A program made the position numbers and the translations under genes. From NCBI GenBank assembly GCA_944392805.1, contig CALXXZ010000001.1, positions 253,977 to 285,976 on the forward strand: 32,000 nt of DNA, given 5' to 3'. The notes beneath the pieces were generated by a model. That model was given only the letters and a program-made list of their open reading frames with translations, did no database searches and was not told where the DNA came from. Each line of letters opens with the position of its first letter. The first letter of the stretch is position 1. Positions 24,458 through 32,000 of this stretch are shown piece after piece. The DNA is from an uncultured Clostridia bacterium (GTDB taxonomy: Bacteria; Bacillota; Clostridia; TANB77; CAG-508).

Positions 24458-24926
24458 ATTGCTCATTTGATGCTTTTTTCTTATAATTACCTGAAATCAA
24501 TTTTGGAAGATATGTAATAATTTTATATACAGCTAATCTTATTTTTTTACTCCAAATATATGATTTTCTTAATTTTCTAGCGGTTCCCAAAGAAACAGGT
24601 TCATCATCTAACACAATTAAATCTACCTGTTTTTTTTCAATTGGAAATATGTAGTTATTTCCAAAATTATTATCCCATTCACCTTTTTCATTACAGAAAC
24701 AGAAATTAAAAGTATCTCCATCGCCTAAATCTATTTCAGCTTGGAAACCTAATTCTGTTTTTTCCATATTTAAATCATTAACTCCGTTCCAATTATTCCC
24801 AAATCCATAATGAATAAAGACTGATTCTGAAGAATTTTGAAACAATTCTCCAGTATATGAAATTTTTATTCTACTATTTTCAACTAATTTGTCAGTATTA
24901 AAAAAAATATTTTTTGTTAACTCCAT
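24456..24926 (-). CDS. Carbohydrate-binding-module-like protein (CBM25/53-like pattern)
   Basis: ..VFIHYGFGNNWNGVND..FNFCFCNEKGEWDNNFGNNYIF.. has the W...WDNN.G.NY pattern of starch-binding-type modules. GAGGGAG SD, then ATG 24926. The ORF-track N-terminal extension to 25046 is unlikely. Confidence 0.55.
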   Translation of the reverse strand: MELTKNIFFNTDKLVENSRIKISYTGELFQNSSESVFIHYGFGNNWNGVNDLNMEKTELGFQAEIDLGDGDTFNFCFCNEKGEWDNNFGNNYIFPIEKKQVDLIVLDDEPVSLGTARKLRKSYIWSKKIRLAVYKIITYLPKLISGNYKKKASNEQ

Positions 24927-25131
24927 TTTTAATTCTCCCTCATCTTTTGTTAGCACAATTATAATATTAAATTTTACAATATTCAAGTATTTTTTCAAAA
25001 AAAATGTAAATTTTTTTGAAAAGTCATAAAATATTAAAAAAAACATATATATTATAAGAAAAGTTTTGAAAAAAAATTGTCAAAAAAACAATTTTGTGGT
25101 ATGATATAAATAGAGGGAAAAGGAGTAAAAC

Positions 25132-26934
25132 ATGGAAGAAATAAAAAATGAAACAAAAGAACAGAAAAACGAGGCAGTTCAAGTATTAGAGAAGACAGAA
25201 GATATAAATAAAACTGAACAAAAAACAGAGGTAGAAAATACAGATAAAACTGAACCAAAAACAGAAACAGAAAATATAGATAAAACTAAAGATAAAAATG
25301 AAGAAAAAGTTGAGACAGAAAATAATGAAAAAGAAGAAAAAAGTACTGAACTAATACCAGAAGAAAAAATAGAAGAAGAAAAGCCTCAAAAAAAACGAAA
25401 AAAAAGTATTATACTTTTAATAATATCAATAGCTCTAATAGTCATTATAGGAATATTATCAACAATATTTGCAGTAATAAACCTAGGAAATACAAAAATA
25501 ATGAAGGGAGTAACAATAGGAAAAATAGATGTATCCAATATGACTAAAGAAGAAGCCAAGCAGACACTAAATGAAATTTATTCAGCTAAAGCTAAAAATG
25601 AGATATATTTAAAATACGGTGAAAATGAAACAGCAATAACATATGAGGCTCTGGAGGTTGAGTATCAGATTGACAATGCAATAAAAGAAGCATATGAAGT
25701 AGGAAGACAAGGAAATATATTTAAAGACAATATAGAAATTTTAAAAACATGGATAAAAGGAAAAAATATAGAATTAGAACCAACAATAGATACAGAGATG
25801 GTAAGTCAGATATCTCAAAATATAAATAACAGTTTAGAAGGAGCAGTTGTTCAACCAAGTTATTATATTGAAAATGGAAAACTAATAATAACATCAGGAA
25901 AAACAGGAAATCAAGTAGATGAAAAAGAATTACTAAGACAAATATATATGTTATTAAAAAGTGATGACCAAAGTGAACAAACTATAATAATACCAACTGT
26001 AACAGTAGAGCCACAAGAAATAGATATAGAAAAAATACATGAAGAAGTCTATAAACAAGTACAAGATGCATATTACACACAAAACCCATTTACAATATAT
26101 CCAGAATCAGATGGAATAGACTTTGATGTAGAAAATGCAAAAACAATATTAGCAGAACCAAAAGAAGAATATGAAATACCATTAATAATAACAAAACCAA
26201 CTAAAACAGTAAAAGAAATAGGAACAGAAGCATTTCCTGATAGATTAGGCACGTGTTCAACAAATTACAATGCAGGAAATAAAAATAGAACAACAAATTT
26301 AATATTAGCAACACAAAAAATAAATGGAACAGTCTTATTACCAGGAGAAGAATTCTCTTTTAACAAAACAGTAGGAGAAAGAACAATAAAAGCAGGATTC
26401 AAAGAAGCAGCAACATACTCAAATGGTGAAGTAGTAGATGGATTAGGTGGAGGCATTTGTCAGATATCATCAACACTATATGATGCAGTAATATATGCTA
26501 ATTTAAAAGTGACAGAAAGAAGGAATCATCAATTTGTAACATCATACTTACCAGCAGGAAAAGATGCAACAGTAGTATGGGGATCTCAAGATTTTAAATT
26601 TGTAAACACAAGAAAATACCCTATAAGAATTGAAGCAACAGTAAGTGGAGGAGTTGCAACAATTACAATATGGGGAGTAAAAGAGGATGTTGAATATGAC
26701 ATATCAATAGAAACTAAAAAAACAGCAACAATAGCATATACAACACAATATATTCAAGATCCAAACTTACCAGTAGGAAAAGAAGTTGTACAACAAGCAG
26801 GAAGCAATGGTAGAAAAGTAGAAGCATATAAAGTAGTAAAATTAAATGGTAAAGTAGTTTCAACAACATTACTATCAAAAGATACATATAATGCAATGAA
26901 AAGAATAGTAAGAGTTGGAACTAAACCACAATAA
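25132..26934 (+). CDS. VanW-family protein with N-terminal K/E/T-rich repeats, a TM anchor and a C-terminal G5 domain
   Basis: GGGICQISSTLYDA VanW core. The G5-like C-terminus is ..PNLPVGKEVVQQAGSNGRKVEAYKVVKLNGKVVSTTLLSKDTY..RIVRVGTK. TM helix SIILLIISIALIVIIGILSTIFAVI. There are ~36-nt repeats (DKTE.KTE.EN.D) around 25207-25290. Confidence 0.8.
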   Translation: MEEIKNETKEQKNEAVQVLEKTEDINKTEQKTEVENTDKTEPKTETENIDKTKDKNEEKVETENNEKEEKSTELIPEEKIEEEKPQKKRKKSIILLIISIALIVIIGILSTIFAVINLGNTKIMKGVTIGKIDVSNMTKEEAKQTLNEIYSAKAKNEIYLKYGENETAITYEALEVEYQIDNAIKEAYEVGRQGNIFKDNIEILKTWIKGKNIELEPTIDTEMVSQISQNINNSLEGAVVQPSYYIENGKLIITSGKTGNQVDEKELLRQIYMLLKSDDQSEQTIIIPTVTVEPQEIDIEKIHEEVYKQVQDAYYTQNPFTIYPESDGIDFDVENAKTILAEPKEEYEIPLIITKPTKTVKEIGTEAFPDRLGTCSTNYNAGNKNRTTNLILATQKINGTVLLPGEEFSFNKTVGERTIKAGFKEAATYSNGEVVDGLGGGICQISSTLYDAVIYANLKVTERRNHQFVTSYLPAGKDATVVWGSQDFKFVNTRKYPIRIEATVSGGVATITIWGVKEDVEYDISIETKKTATIAYTTQYIQDPNLPVGKEVVQQAGSNGRKVEAYKVVKLNGKVVSTTLLSKDTYNAMKRIVRVGTKPQ

Positions 26935-26951
26935 AAAATAAGGAGGTAAAT

Positions 26952-29900
26952 ATGGAAAGGAAGATTTTAAAAAAGTTATTAGTAATAATTCTTATAATTA
27001 TGCTAACAGCAACTGATTTTTTCTGGTTAGGGTCAGGAATAATAAGCTATGCAGCAAATTCAGATAATTCTACAAATAACGAAAATATTGAATTTTCTAC
27101 ATATTTCAAAAATGAAAAAGGAGAAAAAATAGACACATTAACAGAAAGTATAAAGAAACAAGACTTAAAATTATATGCACAAATAACTGTAAAAAATGAA
27201 GGATACTTTAATGGGTCTATAGAGATAGTTAATAGTAATTTCAACATAAAAAACAATATACTATCAGATTCAATATTAAGTATAGAAGGAAATAAAGTAA
27301 ACCTAAATCAAATAAATGCAGGAAGTACTGTAGAAATTGAATTAGATATTGAACCAATAGTATCAGATAAAGTACAATTATCTAAAGAATCAATAGTTAA
27401 ATTAACAGGACAATATGTAAAAACACAACAAAAATTATTATCAACAGATATTGGTTCTGTAGAAATTGGAGCAGAGAAAACAGTTACATTAAATTTACAA
27501 CCATCAGAAGACATAAATGCAGAATTAGTAACAGATATAATAACAAATAAAGTATTATCAGTAAATGGAACAAATAAAAGAGTAGTACAATTATTGATAA
27601 ATTCTAGATTAACTGAAAATGCATATCCAATAAAACAAACAACAATAAATGTTGAAGTGCCACAATTAGGAGGAAAAGCTCCAGAAGAGGTACAAGTTTT
27701 ATCATTAGGAACAATGGCTACAAATGGAAGTACAAATACAAACATAGATGGATGGACAAATAAAGATGGCGTAGTTCAAATGGTTATAAAAAATGAAGCA
27801 AACGAAAATAATGAAGTAACATGGAACAAAAACGCTTATGACAAAATAATAGTAACATTCATATATGATGAAACAGTAGATGCAAGTAGAGTTGAAATAA
27901 ATACAAACTCAGAAATATTAATACATAATTCAGAAAATAAATATACAGCAAAATATACTAAAGGTATAGAAAACAAAGAACCAAATAGTACTATAACAAA
28001 TAAAGTTGAGGCAATAACAGGAGAATTATATAAAGGTCAACTATATGCAAATGCAAAATCAGAAAATAAAAAAGATATTGAATATAAAATAAAAGATATA
28101 TTAGAAGTTACAACAACAGGAATTGCAGACAAAATAGTAGTAAGAGACGGACAAAGTGTATTTGCAACAGATTCAACAGACTTACCAGTAAATACTAAAT
28201 ATTTAAGAACAGAAATAAACAAAGAAAAAATGTTAGCAATATTAGGACAAGATGGAAATATATCAATAAAATTTGGAGAAAACACAATAAATATTACAAA
28301 AGATAGTGAAGCAGATGAAAATGGAAACATAGTAATAAATTATGAAAATTTACCAGACACATTAGAAATAACAACAAGTAAGCCAGTAAATGTAGGACAA
28401 TTAGAAATACAACATACAAAAGTAATTACAGGAAATACTTATACAACTCAACAAATAAAAACAATAAAAAACATGAAAATAACAAGTACAGTAGAAGGTG
28501 TATTAGGAGATAGTAAAGTAGTAGAAAATTCTACGGAAACAAGCATTGAGATGAAAGAAACATATTCAGAAGCAGAACTAACAGTAAACAAAGAAAACTT
28601 ATCAACAATGGCAGTAAACAATGAATTAATAATAGGAGTTAAATTAAACACAGCAGATACAAAATATGATTTATATAAAAATCCAAAAATAAAAATACAA
28701 TTACCAAAACAAGTAGAAGAAATAACAATAAATGCATTTGATAAATTATATGGTGATGAATTCGAAATAGAGAGAGCCGTATATAATAAAGTAGAAAAGA
28801 CAATAGAAATAGATCTAAAAGGAGAACAACTAGAATTCGCAGAAAGCCAAGCAACTCAATTATATTTACAAATAAATATAAATGCAAGATTAAGCGAAAC
28901 TGCACCAAGTACAACAGAAAAAATAACAATGGAATTCACAAATGAAAATGCAACAAAATACATGGGTGATAGAACAGACAAAGGAGTAGTAGAAAAAACA
29001 ATAGGAATATCATCACCAAGTGGATTAGTAACAATAAATAATATAGAGACAAGCAATATAAAAGGAATAATAGGAGTAAACGAAGATAAACAATTAGAAA
29101 AATTAGATATAAATACTGCAAGAGGAACAGACAGAGAATTTAAAATAGCATTAATAAATAATACAAAAACAAATATACAAAATGTAAACATATTAGGAAG
29201 ATTTCCAACAGATGGAGAATTCACAATAAAAGGTGAAAAAATAATAAATACATTAGGAGCAACATTAAAAGGAACAATAAATGCAACAAATTGTGCAATA
29301 TATTATAGTGAAAAAACAGATGCAACAAATGATCTAACAGATGCAAACAATGGTTGGACACAAGATGTAAATACATTAAATAATGCAAAATCATATTTAA
29401 TAGTAATAAATGAAATGCCAGCAGAAACAAACTTTGAAGCAAGATATATAATGACATTACCACAAACATTAGAATATGATAAACAATCATATACAGGATA
29501 TGAAGTAACTTATAATGGGAGTGATACAGCAAGTTCACTATTAGTAGGAATGACAACAGGAGAAACAGTAAAACTAGAAGCAGGTATAAGTGGAACAGTA
29601 GGAAATGATACATTAAAAAATGGAGACATTATAAAAAATGGAGAAGTAATAAAATATAGAACAAGAGTAAAAAATACTGGAACACAAACATTAACAAATA
29701 TAAATGTAAAATCAATAGTGCCAGAAGGAACAGTATATGTAGAACCAGAAGAAGACTATGTATATACAGGACCATCATATTATGTAGAAAAACCAGAAGT
29801 GAAAGAAGTAAGTAAAATAGTAGAAAGTTTAGAAGCAGGACAAGAATATACATTTGAATATGAAGTAAGAGTAAAAACTGATACTGCAGAAGGAACTGTA

Positions 29901-31793
29901 ATAACAAATAAAGCAACATCAACATATGGAGAATATAGTTTCGAGAGTGAAGAATTAAGCAATACAATAGGAAAAGCTAATTTAAGAGTTACTATAAAAA
30001 GAGCAAAAGATTTGAATTCAGAAGTAATGCCAGAAGGTATAATGGAATATCAATTCTTTGTAGAGAACTTATCAGATGAAGACATAACAAATTTAAAAGT
30101 TGAAGTAATAGTTCAAAATCAAGAAATACTACAAATAGACTTGATAGAAGAAACATTAACAACAGTAGCTAAAGGAAGCAATACATTTACAATAGACAAA
30201 ATACCAGCAAAAGGTTTAGCAAATTATTCTGTTGTAACAAAAATTGCAAATAATGGTTCTTCAGAATCTACAGCATATGTAAAAGTAACAGATAGTAATA
30301 ATGAAAGTTATAGATCAAACTTTGATGTTCAAACAATTGACAAAATGGGAGCAGAAATTACTGTAACTTCACCTACAGCAGGACAAGAAGTAAATGTTGG
30401 AGAGGAAATAGAATATAAAATAACAGTTAAAAACACAGGTACAGTATCAACATTCTTTAGAATATTAGATGATTTTCCAACATATGTAAAACTAGAAAAA
30501 ATATATTTGAATGGAGAATTAGTATTACAATGTGTAGATATGGACTCATTAGAAAACTTTGTAGCAAATATATCAAATAATTATAATAGTCTTATAGGGA
30601 TAGGACCAGGAGAAGTACAAGAAATAACAGTAATTGCAAGAGCAATAGATAATGGAGAAGATTTTGAAGTAAAACAAATAAGTAATTATGCAACAGTGGA
30701 AATAGAAGGACGTGAATTAGCAAAATCAGCAGAAGTTATACATACTATTAAAAAAGCATCATCAGAGGAAACAAAATCAATAGTAAGTGGATTAGCTTGG
30801 TTAGATTCTGATCAAAATGGACAAAAAGATGTTGGAGAACAATTATTATCAGATATAACAGTAAAATTATTTGATGTTGCAACAAATAATATTGCAACAA
30901 ATAAAGATGGAAATGTAGCTGAAACAAAAACAGATGCAAATGGAGAATATATCTTTACACGAATGAATGAAGGTCAATATATAGTTATATTTGAATATGA
31001 TATGTCTAATTATGAACCAACAACATACATGAAAGAAGGAGTATCAGATTCTTTAAATTCAAAAGCAGTAGTTAAAACAATTACTATAAACGGTGAAGAA
31101 AAAACATGTGCAGTAACAGATACAATAGAATTAAAAGAAAATGTTTATAACATAAACATAGGATTGAAAGAAAACTTAGCATTTGATTTAGAATTAGATA
31201 AATATGTAACAAAAGTATCAGTACAAAATAGTAAAGGAACTAAATCATATGACTATAATGGACAAGATAAAACATTTGTACAAGTACAAATACCAAGAAA
31301 ACAAGTAGATGGAACATTAGTAGTAGTAGAATATACAATAAAAGCCAAAAATACAGGAAGATTAGCAGGAACAATAACAAATTTAATAGATTATATGCCA
31401 AGTGGAATGACATTTAGTTCTGAATTAAATTCAGATTGGTATCTATCAGGAAATAATCTATATTCAAATAGTTTATCAAATACAAGAATAGAACCAGGAG
31501 AAACAAAAGAAATAAAATTAATATTAACTAAGACAATGACTGGTGACAATGTAGGTGTAGTAAACAACAGAGCAGAAATAGTAGAAGTATATAATGAATA
31601 TGGAAAAACAGATATAGATTCAACACCAAATAATCAAATAGCAAACGAAGATGATTTAGGCTCAGCAGATGTAATGATAGCTATAGCAACAGGTGCAAGA
31701 ACAGTAATATTTACAATATTAATAATAATAAATACAGTATTAATAGGTGTAGCAATATATCTAATATTCATAAAAAATAGGATGAAGAAATAA
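26952..31793 (+). CDS. Very large (1613 aa) secreted, membrane-anchored surface protein with DUF11-like and SdrD/Cna-B-like repeats
   Basis: N-terminal signal/TM helix. Repeated ..VKNTGT.. beta-sandwich motifs (RVKNTGTQTLTNINV, TVKNTGTVSTFF, KAKNTGRLAGTITNL). SGLAWLDSDQNGQKD...DANGEYIF is typical of SD-repeat B/Cna-B folds. The C-terminal TM helix plus basic tail (..IGVAIYLIFIKNRMKK) has no LPXTG motif. Confidence 0.8.
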   Translation: MERKILKKLLVIILIIMLTATDFFWLGSGIISYAANSDNSTNNENIEFSTYFKNEKGEKIDTLTESIKKQDLKLYAQITVKNEGYFNGSIEIVNSNFNIKNNILSDSILSIEGNKVNLNQINAGSTVEIELDIEPIVSDKVQLSKESIVKLTGQYVKTQQKLLSTDIGSVEIGAEKTVTLNLQPSEDINAELVTDIITNKVLSVNGTNKRVVQLLINSRLTENAYPIKQTTINVEVPQLGGKAPEEVQVLSLGTMATNGSTNTNIDGWTNKDGVVQMVIKNEANENNEVTWNKNAYDKIIVTFIYDETVDASRVEINTNSEILIHNSENKYTAKYTKGIENKEPNSTITNKVEAITGELYKGQLYANAKSENKKDIEYKIKDILEVTTTGIADKIVVRDGQSVFATDSTDLPVNTKYLRTEINKEKMLAILGQDGNISIKFGENTINITKDSEADENGNIVINYENLPDTLEITTSKPVNVGQLEIQHTKVITGNTYTTQQIKTIKNMKITSTVEGVLGDSKVVENSTETSIEMKETYSEAELTVNKENLSTMAVNNELIIGVKLNTADTKYDLYKNPKIKIQLPKQVEEITINAFDKLYGDEFEIERAVYNKVEKTIEIDLKGEQLEFAESQATQLYLQININARLSETAPSTTEKITMEFTNENATKYMGDRTDKGVVEKTIGISSPSGLVTINNIETSNIKGIIGVNEDKQLEKLDINTARGTDREFKIALINNTKTNIQNVNILGRFPTDGEFTIKGEKIINTLGATLKGTINATNCAIYYSEKTDATNDLTDANNGWTQDVNTLNNAKSYLIVINEMPAETNFEARYIMTLPQTLEYDKQSYTGYEVTYNGSDTASSLLVGMTTGETVKLEAGISGTVGNDTLKNGDIIKNGEVIKYRTRVKNTGTQTLTNINVKSIVPEGTVYVEPEEDYVYTGPSYYVEKPEVKEVSKIVESLEAGQEYTFEYEVRVKTDTAEGTVITNKATSTYGEYSFESEELSNTIGKANLRVTIKRAKDLNSEVMPEGIMEYQFFVENLSDEDITNLKVEVIVQNQEILQIDLIEETLTTVAKGSNTFTIDKIPAKGLANYSVVTKIANNGSSESTAYVKVTDSNNESYRSNFDVQTIDKMGAEITVTSPTAGQEVNVGEEIEYKITVKNTGTVSTFFRILDDFPTYVKLEKIYLNGELVLQCVDMDSLENFVANISNNYNSLIGIGPGEVQEITVIARAIDNGEDFEVKQISNYATVEIEGRELAKSAEVIHTIKKASSEETKSIVSGLAWLDSDQNGQKDVGEQLLSDITVKLFDVATNNIATNKDGNVAETKTDANGEYIFTRMNEGQYIVIFEYDMSNYEPTTYMKEGVSDSLNSKAVVKTITINGEEKTCAVTDTIELKENVYNINIGLKENLAFDLELDKYVTKVSVQNSKGTKSYDYNGQDKTFVQVQIPRKQVDGTLVVVEYTIKAKNTGRLAGTITNLIDYMPSGMTFSSELNSDWYLSGNNLYSNSLSNTRIEPGETKEIKLILTKTMTGDNVGVVNNRAEIVEVYNEYGKTDIDSTPNNQIANEDDLGSADVMIAIATGARTVIFTILIIINTVLIGVAIYLIFIKNRMKK

Positions 31794-31816
31794 AGGATAG
31801 AAAGGAGGGAGAGAAA

Positions 31817-32000
31817 ATGAAGAAATTAAAAATATTTGCGACAATATTTATAGCAATATTACTAGTATTTATGTTTAAGAATATAAGTTATGGTGTAGGA
31901 GAAGCACAACTTAAAATAAATAGAAGTTATATTGAAAATAATCCAAATAGGTATTGTGGAGACCATGATGGTGGTTTCCCAAAACCAGGAGAAGGTAAAT
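31817..32000 (+). CDS. Secreted hypothetical protein, 5' partial (runs off the window)
   Basis: AAAGGAGGGAG SD, then ATG 31817. MKKLKIFATIFIAILLVFMFKNISYG looks like a signal peptide. Confidence 0.6.
   Translation, partial: MKKLKIFATIFIAILLVFMFKNISYGVGEAQLKINRSYIENNPNRYCGDHDGGFPKPGEGK

Noticed and set aside
25207-25290. ~36-nt tandem repeats at the 5' end of the VanW-family gene as a separate element
   Set aside because: They are in frame and encode a K/T/E-rich low-complexity linker (DKTE.KTE.EN.D) ahead of the TM helix. This is ordinary repeat expansion within a CDS.
27047-30939. Many minus-strand ORFs inside the 1613-aa surface protein gene, and similar ones inside other genes (9299-9797, 13339-13683, 23806-24218)
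   Set aside because: These have the same antisense-shadow composition, with no starts in SD context.

Overview
Extremely AT-rich, purine-loaded DNA that uses the standard bacterial code: TGA terminates the msl-like and avd ORFs, and Trp is TGG. Gene content looks Firmicutes-like (DnaD/DnaC-type loaders, Gram-positive-type T4SS parts). From left to right the window holds nine blocks. (1) A promoter and a VirB4-type T4SS ATPase split into two ORFs, followed by a K/N/I-rich ORF that the ORF track missed. (2) A ~3.4 kb ORF-free stretch (3014-6378) made of four diverged head-to-tail copies of a ~0.8-0.96 kb unit with a conserved core. (3) A hypothetical gene, an XRE-type HTH regulator, an HD-domain hydrolase and an AAA-ATPase-like/PD-(D/E)XK protein. 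(4) A complete diversity-generating retroelement (DGR). Its parts are a pilin-like target gene whose C-terminal FGE-sulfatase/C-type-lectin-fold codons form the variable repeat (VR 11907-12028), strong hairpins plus a 4x12-bp GC-rich palindromic tandem repeat, a MutS-domain-I-like accessory ORF, avd, a reverse transcriptase interrupted by a frameshift inside its YxDD box, and the template repeat (TR 14066-14190). VR differs from TR almost only at TR adenines. (5) Two small ORFs and gyrA, with no gyrB in the window. (6) dnaD-like and dnaC/dnaI-like genes on the minus strand. (7) More T4SS genes on the minus strand: VirB3/PrgI-like, VirB6-like, VirB2/TrbC-like and a VirD4 coupling protein. (8) A DUF1858-like redox gene and a tRNA-Lys/Glu/Thr operon. 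(9) A FabG-like SDR, a CBM-like protein, a VanW/G5 protein, a 1613-aa surface protein and the start of another secreted protein. The items most worth follow-up are the DGR and its oddities, the ORF-free tandem array, and SD-positioned ATT/ATA start codons on several T4SS ORFs.
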